A DNA stretch of 46,211 bases. It comes from Bacteroidota bacterium (GTDB lineage Bacteria > Bacteroidota > Bacteroidia > Bacteroidales > VadinHA17). The stretch is taken from positions 1 through 46,211 of the forward strand of contig JAUWBB010000001.1 of assembly GCA_030605195.1 (NCBI GenBank). The letters are read 5' to 3'. Both the position numbers and the translations under genes were made by a program. A model generated the notes under the pieces. It had not been told where the DNA came from and did not search any database. It saw nothing but the letters and a program-made list of their open reading frames with translations. Positions 26,202 to 34,227 of the stretch are shown piece after piece (the first letter of the stretch is position 1; each line of letters begins with the position of its first letter).

Positions 26202-26246
26202 TCCCGGCCTTGGTCGCAAACTAATGTCAAATTAAACTAAACTATC

Positions 26247-26492
26247 ATGAAAACAAAACAATTAAGACCACTTAGAGCAATTGCTCAAGAGGTTAAATGG
26301 AATTGGAAAAATGTTTATTTTGGTGCAGTTCCATATCTTGACGCAATGATGTCCTTAAATTCTATTGATGAAATGTACGGCATGGATTCAGCCAGAAGTA
26401 TCGTACTGTATTTTTTGGCAAACACAAGCACCTGGAGAGGTGATATTGCCAGAAGGATCAAAAAAGAACTGAACGAACTTGCAAAAAGTTGA
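26247..26492 (+). CDS. hypothetical protein (81 aa)
   Basis: Intact ORF preceded by the AAACTAAACTAT motif. Confidence 0.5.
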   Translation: MKTKQLRPLRAIAQEVKWNWKNVYFGAVPYLDAMMSLNSIDEMYGMDSARSIVLYFLANTSTWRGDIARRIKKELNELAKS

Positions 26493-26495
26493 GCC

Positions 26496-26948
26496 ATGAA
26501 AAATCTAATAAAAGTCTCGGAAGTCAAGCTGGTTTACAAAACCAGGTATAACATAAATGAAAGACCGCATATAAAGGTTTCAAAGGATGCTTATGATGTT
26601 TTATTGAATGAGTGGGATATGGATATAATAGAACACAGGGAAAGTTCCAAAATGCTGATGATGAACAGAGCAAACAGAGTTTTGGGTGTTGGCCCGATTG
26701 CAGAAGGCGGAATAACCGGAACGGTTATGGATACAAAGATTATCATGCAGTATGCTTTGAAAGCTAATGCTTGTTCAATTATTATATGTCATAATCATCC
26801 ATCAGGAAGAATAATGCCCGGCGAAACAGACGATCAGTTAACGAACAATCTCAAAGAAGCCGGTAAAATATTAGGAATTGAATTGTTGGATCATTTGATA
26901 ATATCGAAAATAGATTATTACAGTTATGCAGATGAAGGCAGGTTGTAA
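26496..26948 (+). CDS. radC: RadC-like JAB/MPN domain protein
   Basis: IICHNHPSGRIMPGETDDQLT...LLDHLII matches the JAMM motif HxHPSG...S/TxxD. Confidence 0.85.
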   Translation: MKNLIKVSEVKLVYKTRYNINERPHIKVSKDAYDVLLNEWDMDIIEHRESSKMLMMNRANRVLGVGPIAEGGITGTVMDTKIIMQYALKANACSIIICHNHPSGRIMPGETDDQLTNNLKEAGKILGIELLDHLIISKIDYYSYADEGRL

Positions 26949-27087
26949 ATCAAAGGTCACTGAAAATTGGATGTTCGATATTCTTGATGCCCTACGCTCA
27001 CCGATACTGACACACTCACAGGCTTGGAGTGATTGTATTCCTAAACGGATACTTGATGTAATTCCGATAGCATGAATAGCATCGATC

Positions 27088-27423
27088 ATGAAAAAAGAAG
27101 AATTAGCAACCTTCCCGGAAGCAGTAGCATTCATAATGACACGAACAATGGAAGCACCTATGTATAGCGAGTGGGTTAATATTTATACTCATGTATGCTG
27201 TACTGTTTGTGAGCAGTACTGGAAAGAAGATCACTGGGACGAAGTTACAGATAGAAAAACACTTACCAGGGATGAAGAAGAATTGCTTGAAAGGCTCCGC
27301 AGGTGGATATATGAAAAGCGGAGAAAAATACTGAAAGAAAGGATAAGAGCTGAAAAAAAGGCAGCCAAATCTGTTGAAAAAAAAGATCCCGTTATTGAAG
27401 GAGAACAACTATTTTTATGGTAA
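27088..27423 (+). CDS. hypothetical protein (111 aa)
   Basis: Intact ORF with a basic helical C-terminus. Confidence 0.5.
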   Translation: MKKEELATFPEAVAFIMTRTMEAPMYSEWVNIYTHVCCTVCEQYWKEDHWDEVTDRKTLTRDEEELLERLRRWIYEKRRKILKERIRAEKKAAKSVEKKDPVIEGEQLFLW

Positions 27424-27436
27424 TAAATTTATTGAT

Positions 27437-27589
27437 ATGAACAGTCTAATTGAAGAAAAGCGAAAGCTGTATCAGCAAAAGCTGAAAGAGCAGCACCGGA
27501 AGCCAAAGTCAGAAAGGATGCCGGAGCATAAAATGAAGGACATGAAAAAAAGAATTGAAACACTTGGTAGATGGAGCCAAGAGTTGTAG
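27437..27589 (+). CDS. hypothetical basic protein (50 aa)
   Basis: Internal ATG of track ORF 27374..27589, starting just after the previous stop. Confidence 0.35.
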   Translation: MNSLIEEKRKLYQQKLKEQHRKPKSERMPEHKMKDMKKRIETLGRWSQEL

Positions 27590-27608
27590 TTTAGTTTGTT
27601 GTTTGAAG

Positions 27609-27637
27609 AGCCGGGATAGCACCCGGCTTTTTTTTTG
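27609..27637 (+). terminator. Rho-independent terminator
   Basis: agccggg-atagca-cccggct stem-loop followed by T9. Confidence 0.75.
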
Positions 27638-27657
27638 GAAATTTTTTCAAAAAGACA

Positions 27658-27689
27658 TTTGGTAATTAAAATAACTTTAATTACTTTTA
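27658..27689 (+). promoter_or_regulatory. candidate Bacteroidota-type promoter (TTTG-N20-TACTTTTA)
   Basis: Lies directly after a terminator. A 25-nt block ACATTTGGTAATTAAAATAACTTTA is identical to 41383-41407. Confidence 0.45.
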
Positions 27690-27713
27690 CACTCATTAAA
27701 CTAAACTATTTGA

Positions 27714-27911
27714 ATGTTCAAACATTGTGAAAATTGTGGAAGAACGTTTTTCGGGCAATTGAAGTTTTGCCTTTCATGTGGCAGTACTGATGTTGCCCGA
27801 ATTAATTATAATGAATATTTAACTAAACTAAAATTGAAAAAGAATGGAAACACTAACAGACGTGCAGTTAACTGCAGAAGAAATCGGATTGAAGGAAGTC
27901 CTTCAAAATGA
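27714..27911 (+). CDS. zinc-ribbon protein (65 aa)
   Basis: CENCG...CLSCG motif pair. Confidence 0.5.
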   Translation: MFKHCENCGRTFFGQLKFCLSCGSTDVARINYNEYLTKLKLKKNGNTNRRAVNCRRNRIEGSPSK

Positions 27912-29001
27912 AGTGTATGACAAGATACACAGGAACTCTATTGACATTGAAAAAGCAATGACCAAGATCGAAGATGAAGGAATGCTTTTAAATGATTTTG
28001 TCGTACCGGTTGAAAAGATGAGTTTTACAAATGAACACGTATCAACCGGAGAGGTTTTGCTTTATGGAATTGCAGACAAGTATCTGTCTTTTAATCAATT
28101 TTCAGCAGGGCAATTAGCTGTAAAGATGGGTGTGCCAATGGCATATCTGAAATTTTTAATGTTTGGAGTACCTTGGGAAAGAGAGCTTTCTTGTGAAGTA
28201 CTCAATGCACACGCTCAGAATATCTCAAGGGAAAGGGTACTTGTTAGAGAAATTGAAGGAACCGTCCGGGGATTTTTGAGTGACCATTATAAAAGGCTGA
28301 ACAGTAAAGAGATTTACATGGCTTTTTTGACTGCTGTTGCCGGAACTGATATGAAACTTGTATCTGCTTACAGTGGAGAAACGAAAGGGTATCTTGAAGT
28401 TATCGATCCTAACATTGTCAGCATACCGACTGAAAAAAACGGCATTGTTCATGTAGTTTACGGCGCTCAGTTAAGAAATAGTGATTTTGGTGCAGGGGCA
28501 CTTGAAATGAGAGCTTTTAAAATGCAAGCTCACTGTCTCAACGGTTGGGTTAGTGAAAGTATCCTGAGAGAAATCCACTTGGGTAAAAGGTTGCCTGATA
28601 ATCTCGTACTAAGTGAAGAAACTTACAGGTACGATACGTTGACGAAAGCAGGTATTGTAAAAGATGCAATGCAGGTTCTTATAAATCCTGAAAACAGGCT
28701 TGCTGAAGCAAATCAAATTCAAGAAGCCGGAAAGGTACTTGTCGATGTTGACAGGGAAATTAAGTTTTTGCCTAAAATAGGAATGCACGAAGGCGAAATC
28801 AAATCATTTCATGAGGTGATGTTAAGAAATAATCCTGCAGATGGAGTAACTGGTGAGCCTACTTTATGGAAGATGGCTCAGGCTGTTGGAGTAGTTGCCC
28901 GGGACTTGGAGAATGAAGATCGGAAAAGGGATTTGCAAGCAGTTGCCGGCAAGATCATTAACAGAGTTCCGAAGGTTCAGAGCATAATGTCTTCAGTGTA
29001 A
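27844..29001 (+). CDS. DUF932-like protein
   Basis: Size and the segment FNQFSAGQLAVKMGVPMAYLKFL resemble the DUF932 phage/plasmid family; not verified. Confidence 0.4.
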   Translation: METLTDVQLTAEEIGLKEVLQNEVYDKIHRNSIDIEKAMTKIEDEGMLLNDFVVPVEKMSFTNEHVSTGEVLLYGIADKYLSFNQFSAGQLAVKMGVPMAYLKFLMFGVPWERELSCEVLNAHAQNISRERVLVREIEGTVRGFLSDHYKRLNSKEIYMAFLTAVAGTDMKLVSAYSGETKGYLEVIDPNIVSIPTEKNGIVHVVYGAQLRNSDFGAGALEMRAFKMQAHCLNGWVSESILREIHLGKRLPDNLVLSEETYRYDTLTKAGIVKDAMQVLINPENRLAEANQIQEAGKVLVDVDREIKFLPKIGMHEGEIKSFHEVMLRNNPADGVTGEPTLWKMAQAVGVVARDLENEDRKRDLQAVAGKIINRVPKVQSIMSSV

Positions 29002-29005
29002 GATC

Positions 29006-29188
29006 ATGGAAATAACTTTTGTTATAAATATAGAAAAAGCAGAAAACCTGAATCATATTGAGAGACTTACCAAGAAGTGTAAAGATTTCAATGATGGTTT
29101 TCGGAAAGCCTATAATCATATAAGGATGCGTTATAAAAACGTATATCCCGTAGTTAAATTCACTATTGTTAATATAGAATTTTGTTAA
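29006..29188 (+). CDS. hypothetical protein (60 aa)
   Basis: Intact ORF 4 nt after the previous stop. Confidence 0.4.
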   Translation: MEITFVINIEKAENLNHIERLTKKCKDFNDGFRKAYNHIRMRYKNVYPVVKFTIVNIEFC

Positions 29189-29198
29189 TAAAAAAATT

Positions 29199-29471
29199 AT
29201 GAGAACAATACTACTTAAAGGAAATTGGAATACACAGGAAGTATGGCTTGATGGCAAGAAATTAAATCCTGCCCCGAGCCAGAAAGTAAGAAACCATAGT
29301 CCGCAAGGATTCAATTGGGGTTATAGTGGCTCAGGACCCGCTCAATTAGCTCTTGCAATATGCCTTGAACTTTACGGAGAAGAAAAAGCAAGGAAAGAAT
29401 ATCAGGATTTCAAGTTCAAGCATATTGCTGCTTTACCACAGACAGACATTCATATTTTAATAGAAGTTTGA
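29199..29471 (+). CDS. hypothetical protein (90 aa, GYSGSGPAQLALAI motif)
   Basis: The conserved-looking segment GFNWGYSGSGPAQLALAI recalls a phage DUF family. Confidence 0.5.
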   Translation: MRTILLKGNWNTQEVWLDGKKLNPAPSQKVRNHSPQGFNWGYSGSGPAQLALAICLELYGEEKARKEYQDFKFKHIAALPQTDIHILIEV

Positions 29472-29475
29472 GAAA

Positions 29476-29706
29476 ATGAAAACAGAGCATATTCAAACAA
29501 AAATCAATAAAGACAACCATAACATTGTTGTATGGCTACATCCGGTTATTGATATAGAGGAATTTGAAAAGAAAATTCATGCAGCACCGAATTTGCTTGA
29601 AGCATGTAAATTGGTTATGAAACAAAAACGTGGAGTTCATTTGCCAGCTTATGTTGTTACTGCATTAGGGAACGCAATCGACCAAGTTTTGAATAATTAT
29701 GGATAA
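29476..29706 (+). CDS. hypothetical protein (76 aa)
   Basis: Intact ORF. Confidence 0.5.
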   Translation: MKTEHIQTKINKDNHNIVVWLHPVIDIEEFEKKIHAAPNLLEACKLVMKQKRGVHLPAYVVTALGNAIDQVLNNYG

Positions 29707-29820
29707 ACCCAGACCAGTAAATACCGGCAGGCTGTTATTCTTATAGGGCTATTTTAAAGGATTAATCTTAATCCATATAAAATCTTACGGAACAAAATAA
29801 TTGCTTTAAAACAGCTTAAA

Positions 29821-30717
29821 ATGGACTTAATAGTGAATGAAAAACCAGTACAAGGCAAATTAAATTGTGATAGAATAATTCGTGTATTTCCGAGAAGAAC
29901 AAATGCAACGCCAAATGATCAAAATGTTCGATTTGGAGATCTAGGATTATTTGATCAGGCAGATGAAATTCATATCAGCGTTAGTTTTTCGTGGGACATG
30001 GAAAGAGCTGAAAAATTAGCCGAACAATGGAAAATAATTGCACCTGTTAAAATAGGCGGCCCGGCAACGGATAATTGCAAGGGGGAATTTACACCAGGTA
30101 TGTATTTGAAAAAAGGGTACGTCATCACCAGCAGGGGCTGTCCGAATAAATGCTGGTTTTGCGAGGTCCCGAAAAAATTTGGTGATGATGTCACGGAATT
30201 AAAGATAAAAGACGGATGGAATATATTAGATGATAATTTGCTTGCCTGTTCGGAGAATCATATTATAAATGTTTTTAAAATGTTACAAAGACAAAAATAT
30301 TCAGCTCAATTCACGGGCGGATTAGAGGCCGCAAGACTGAAAGACTGTCATATTGATTTATTATTACATTTGAGATTAAAGCAATTATTTTTTGCTTACG
30401 ATACTCTTAATGATTTTGAACCTTTATTAAGAGCTTCAAAAATGTTAAAAATGGCAGGAATAATACATGAAAACAAAAAGCACAAAGCAAGATGTTTTGT
30501 GCTAATTGGTTATCCAAAAGATTCATTTAAAAAAGCAGAAGAAAGATTAAATCAGGTTATACGACTGGGATTTATGCCAATGGCAATGTTTTACAGGAAT
30601 AATAAATATGAATTTCATAACAAAATAGCAGATAAAAGAAAATGGAATCTTTTTACAAGAGAATGGTCAAATCCGACAATTGTAGGATATAAAATGAAAA
30701 AATTGATAACAAAATAA
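29821..30717 (+). CDS. radical SAM protein (second in the window)
   Basis: RGCPNKCWFCEV gives a CxxxCxxC cluster, preceded by a roughly 100-aa N-terminal domain. Confidence 0.65.
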   Translation: MDLIVNEKPVQGKLNCDRIIRVFPRRTNATPNDQNVRFGDLGLFDQADEIHISVSFSWDMERAEKLAEQWKIIAPVKIGGPATDNCKGEFTPGMYLKKGYVITSRGCPNKCWFCEVPKKFGDDVTELKIKDGWNILDDNLLACSENHIINVFKMLQRQKYSAQFTGGLEAARLKDCHIDLLLHLRLKQLFFAYDTLNDFEPLLRASKMLKMAGIIHENKKHKARCFVLIGYPKDSFKKAEERLNQVIRLGFMPMAMFYRNNKYEFHNKIADKRKWNLFTREWSNPTIVGYKMKKLITK

Positions 30718-30721
30718 TGAA

Positions 30722-30753
30722 TTGGGTAATTAAAATTATTATTATTACCTTTG
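30722..30753 (+). promoter_or_regulatory. candidate promoter (TTGG-N20-TACCTTTG)
   Basis: Perfect -7 box TAnnTTTG; the -33 region TTGGGTAATTAAAAT resembles the other promoters. Confidence 0.4.
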
Positions 30754-30782
30754 TAACTTATTAAATAAAAAAAGGGGGAGTC

Positions 30783-30977
30783 ATGGCATTAAATAAGACA
30801 CAAATCATCCGTTCGGATGTGCCCACGGACATTCACGGGAAAGTGAAGGCATGGGCTTATGAAAATAAGGCTGATGGCAGGAGTATGGATACTGAAAAAA
30901 AGGTCTATGCTGAGATAATCAGGCTAGGTCATCGAGCTTTTGCCGAAGAGAGAAAAAAAAGACAATCTATTAATTAA
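30783..30977 (+). CDS. hypothetical small protein (64 aa), possibly DNA-binding
   Basis: One of the few genes with a strong SD (AAGGGGGAG); basic C-terminus. Confidence 0.45.
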   Translation: MALNKTQIIRSDVPTDIHGKVKAWAYENKADGRSMDTEKKVYAEIIRLGHRAFAEERKKRQSIN

Positions 30978-30991
30978 AAATCTAAACTATT

Positions 30992-32290
30992 ATGAATGAA
31001 AAAGATTACAAAGTACAAAAAGTAGTCATTAAAAACTTCAAGGGAATTGAGGACATGACTATGGATGTAAACGGTCAGCACGTTATCCTAATCGGGGACA
31101 ATAAACTATGTAAATCCAGCGCAACTGATGCTATCTGGACGAGCCTATCGGCTAAGAGGATACCTCAGCAACCGATTCGTAAGGGTGCTGATAAAGCAGA
31201 GACAATGGTTATTGTAGGGAATGATGAGGTAGAATATCAAATTGAAAGAAAGTACACCGAGAAGGGCAGCTATCTTGAAATAACAAGCCCGGAAGGGTTT
31301 AAAACATCGAAAATTGCAAACCTGACAAGTTTGATAGGAGATATAGATTTCAATATATTTGAATTTGTCGAGCTTGGCAGAACAGTCCCGGGGAGAAGGG
31401 AACAGGTCTCAATTATTAAAAGATTCATGAATGAACAGGTTGTTATGCAACTTGATGAAAAAAACGGAGAAATATTCAAAATCAAAGAAACCCGTGCAGG
31501 GCTGAATGTCAGGCTGAGGGATCTCAAAGGACTAGTGAACACTGAAAGTAAAAAATATGATTTTGAAGATGCCGAGAAGTTTTCAAAACCAAAAGACCTG
31601 AGTGAAATTAACGATCGATACAGGACTGCACTTGAACATAACAGTACGTGGACCCAGTTCGTTAATAAATATTGTCCGGATTTAGAAAGTCCTTTTGTTG
31701 ATGCTGATGAAATTGTCGATACGATTGAAAAGAAAATCACATCCCTGCGTGATAAAATTACTGAATTAGGTGATGAAATAAAAAAAGTAAGAAAATTTGA
31801 TCGGGCAGACACGAATGCTCTGAAAGCCGAGTATGAAGCTGCAAAAGAACATAACGATAAGGTAGATCAGGTAAAAGGGTACTTGGAGCACAAAGAAGAA
31901 CTTGAGAAAAAGAAGAAAGAGTATGAAAAATGGGGGGCAAAAGTTTACAAAATTGAATCAGAAAATCAGAAACTAATTGCAGGAAGTGAAATTCCAGTCG
32001 AAGGGTTAACCTTTGACGAAAATGGATTATACTTGAATGGATTACCGTTCACGGAAGATCAGCTTGCAACTTCAGAGTTAATTGAAGTCGGTGTTAAACT
32101 AGCAATAGCAAAAAAACCGAAGGTCAAAATAATCCGGGTTAGTCACGGAGAAAGTCTTGGTTCAGAGATATTCACTGATTTGATAAGAGTCTGCAATAAA
32201 AAAGGCTACCAGCTCTTCATCGAGGAGGTGGACACTAGAATAAAACAGTTGAAGCTGCAGTACTTCAATGATGAAAAAGACTTGAAGTAG
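30992..32290 (+). CDS. SMC/RecF-like AAA ATPase with coiled coil
   Basis: N-terminus IKNFKGIEDMTMDVNGQHVILIGDNKLCKSS is Walker-A-like. Long coiled-coil middle section and a C-terminal ATPase half. Confidence 0.6.
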   Translation: MNEKDYKVQKVVIKNFKGIEDMTMDVNGQHVILIGDNKLCKSSATDAIWTSLSAKRIPQQPIRKGADKAETMVIVGNDEVEYQIERKYTEKGSYLEITSPEGFKTSKIANLTSLIGDIDFNIFEFVELGRTVPGRREQVSIIKRFMNEQVVMQLDEKNGEIFKIKETRAGLNVRLRDLKGLVNTESKKYDFEDAEKFSKPKDLSEINDRYRTALEHNSTWTQFVNKYCPDLESPFVDADEIVDTIEKKITSLRDKITELGDEIKKVRKFDRADTNALKAEYEAAKEHNDKVDQVKGYLEHKEELEKKKKEYEKWGAKVYKIESENQKLIAGSEIPVEGLTFDENGLYLNGLPFTEDQLATSELIEVGVKLAIAKKPKVKIIRVSHGESLGSEIFTDLIRVCNKKGYQLFIEEVDTRIKQLKLQYFNDEKDLK

Positions 32291-32300
32291 AAGTTTAAAC

Positions 32301-32332
32301 AAGGTGGGTCAGAAATGGCGCCACCTTTTTTT
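32301..32332 (+). terminator. Rho-independent terminator
   Basis: aggtgg-gtcagaaatggcg-ccacct stem-loop followed by T7. Confidence 0.7.
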
Positions 32333-32432
32333 ATCAATTAAATTAAGCTATTATGAATCGGAAAGTAGCTATTTGGTTTTTTAATTTTTAATTTTACACA
32401 ATCAATATAATTAATTACTAACCAAAACTATC

Positions 32433-33458
32433 ATGAATGAAAAAATTGATCTTGGTCAGGACCTGACCGTAGAAGAATTGCGTAGTCTTTATTTTGATGA
32501 AGATGCGCTTCGACTCCCACCTATCCGATTATTCCGGATAAACTCCAAAGACATGAGAATTTATTACACTTTTGAAAAAAAATCTCATCAGTTTTTCCCA
32601 GGAGTTACCGGATTTCTAAAAAAGGTTTTACCTACCTCACCCGCATTGATAAATTGGCAAATAGAAATGGGTGACAGAGCTGAAGATTTTGTGGCTGAAC
32701 GGGCTGCCTACGGTTCACTCATGCACACCTTGTTTGCCGTTTTACTTATAGAACGACAGTTTGATCTTGAAACTATCCATGGCATTGTAAGTGACTATTG
32801 TGAAAAGAAAGAAATGAATGTTGATGAAATTCAATGGAGCCGGGAACTGAAAAAAGACATAGTTGCATTTGCTCAGTGGATGATAGATTTTCAGGTCAAA
32901 CCGCTTGCAATTGAAGTACCGCTTTGTACATGGAGATATGGAATTGCAACGCTTGTTGACCTGGTTTGTAAAATGATGATACCAACTAAAGGATTTTGGG
33001 GTGAAGTATATAAATCCGGAGCAAAGGCAGGACAGCCAAAAGAAACGACAAAGGATTGTGAGGCTCATGCTATTGTCGATTTCAAAAGCAGGAAAAAGTA
33101 TTATGTAACAGAAACCGATGAATTGCAGCTTGCTTATTGTGAAGCAATGGTAAAGGAAAACTATCCTGAATTTGAGGAAAAGGATTTTAGGTTGTTTAGT
33201 TGGCATCCTAAAGACTGGGTTACGGCTCCGGGTTCTTATTTTACCGAACACACAAATAAGCACACTAAACATGAAATGGAACTACTATCGGAATTGTACC
33301 ATTTGAAAAACGATGTGACGAAATACACCCGGATAAGCTTCAAGGGTGTAGTTGAACTCAGCAAGAAAGACTTAGCTGAAAATTTCAGCAGATTAACCTT
33401 GATGGAAATTGTAAGCATTGAAGAAACTAAACTATCAGAAAATGAACCAAAAAAATGA
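32433..33458 (+). CDS. PD-(D/E)XK (RecB/Cas4/YqaJ-like) nuclease
   Basis: LVDLVCK ... AIVDFKSRKK matches the D...(D/E)xK arrangement; neighbours are recombination genes. Confidence 0.55.
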   Translation: MNEKIDLGQDLTVEELRSLYFDEDALRLPPIRLFRINSKDMRIYYTFEKKSHQFFPGVTGFLKKVLPTSPALINWQIEMGDRAEDFVAERAAYGSLMHTLFAVLLIERQFDLETIHGIVSDYCEKKEMNVDEIQWSRELKKDIVAFAQWMIDFQVKPLAIEVPLCTWRYGIATLVDLVCKMMIPTKGFWGEVYKSGAKAGQPKETTKDCEAHAIVDFKSRKKYYVTETDELQLAYCEAMVKENYPEFEEKDFRLFSWHPKDWVTAPGSYFTEHTNKHTKHEMELLSELYHLKNDVTKYTRISFKGVVELSKKDLAENFSRLTLMEIVSIEETKLSENEPKK

Positions 33459-34227
33459 AACCGTGCAGCGTGGAAGAATAGTACGTGCTGCAAAAGAAAC
33501 CAGAAAAACGAAGCTGCCGCTGATCGGGAATATCCGGGTTGGCATGAAAAATGAAAAAGGGCTGCCAGTGTCGCTCGATCACTTCATTGCAACTGGTGAC
33601 TATGCCAGTTATTTCAAAGATGAATTTGGTGGGAAGCCGACTAAAGTTCAGATTATTTTTCTTTATGATGAAAATGTGCAATCCTGCCTTGAAGAATGGG
33701 ACGGAAGGGATCCAAAAGGCAAAAGGGCTGGTTATGGTAACGGTGACACCTTCCATATTTACGATGAAGAATTTGAGGATTACATTGAAATTGAAAATCA
33801 GGATACAATCAAAAAATTGACTAATGAAAAGAAAATTACCTGGAAGGTGCTTTTAACATTGCATTTTGTAATTCCTAAGATCAAGGGAGTATTTGGCTTA
33901 TGGAGATTTCAGACTCGTGGAGACAAAACGAGTATTGCTTCAATCATTAGCACTTTTGATGAGATTAAAAATAATATAGGTACAGTTGTTAACATACCGT
34001 TTGACCTGATTGTTAAAAAGGTAAAAAGTCAGACTCCTGGTAGCATAAAAGTATTTCCCGTGGTAAGTCTTGTTCCGAATTTATCTACAGATAATATTGA
34101 AATTGTCCGGAAATATCTCGAATGTGGAATGGATTTCAGCAGGCTTGGAGTACTAACAGCAGAAAAGATAAAGGAACTGGACGAAACAAGCCCGACTGAT
34201 AAACTTGTATTAAGGAATCCTCAATAG
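33442..34227 (+). CDS. hypothetical protein of the recombination module (possible ssDNA-binding/annealing)
   Basis: Start chosen at the ATG preceded by AAACTAAACTAT; function inferred from position only. Confidence 0.45.
   Translation: MNQKNETVQRGRIVRAAKETRKTKLPLIGNIRVGMKNEKGLPVSLDHFIATGDYASYFKDEFGGKPTKVQIIFLYDENVQSCLEEWDGRDPKGKRAGYGNGDTFHIYDEEFEDYIEIENQDTIKKLTNEKKITWKVLLTLHFVIPKIKGVFGLWRFQTRGDKTSIASIISTFDEIKNNIGTVVNIPFDLIVKKVKSQTPGSIKVFPVVSLVPNLSTDNIEIVRKYLECGMDFSRLGVLTAEKIKELDETSPTDKLVLRNPQ

Noticed and set aside
26971-27075. 34-aa ORF (MFDILDALRSPILTHSQAWSDCIPKRILDVIPIA) in the gap after the RadC gene
   Set aside because: It fills the 138-bp gap and is slightly G+C-richer, but it has no motif, no conserved upstream context and is very short. 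Support is too weak to list it as a feature.
29759-29774. GGATTAA-tc-TTAATCC dyad as a terminator
   Set aside because: A 2-nt spacer cannot form a stable loop and no U-tract follows. It is more likely a protein-binding dyad or chance in AT-rich DNA, so it is mentioned only within the radical SAM finding.
33551-33820. Alternative-frame + strand ORFs inside larger genes (33551..33820, 36280..36522, 42553..42744)
   Set aside because: They are embedded in genes with clear motifs (the methyltransferases) or a better coding context. Their composition looks like off-frame translation.
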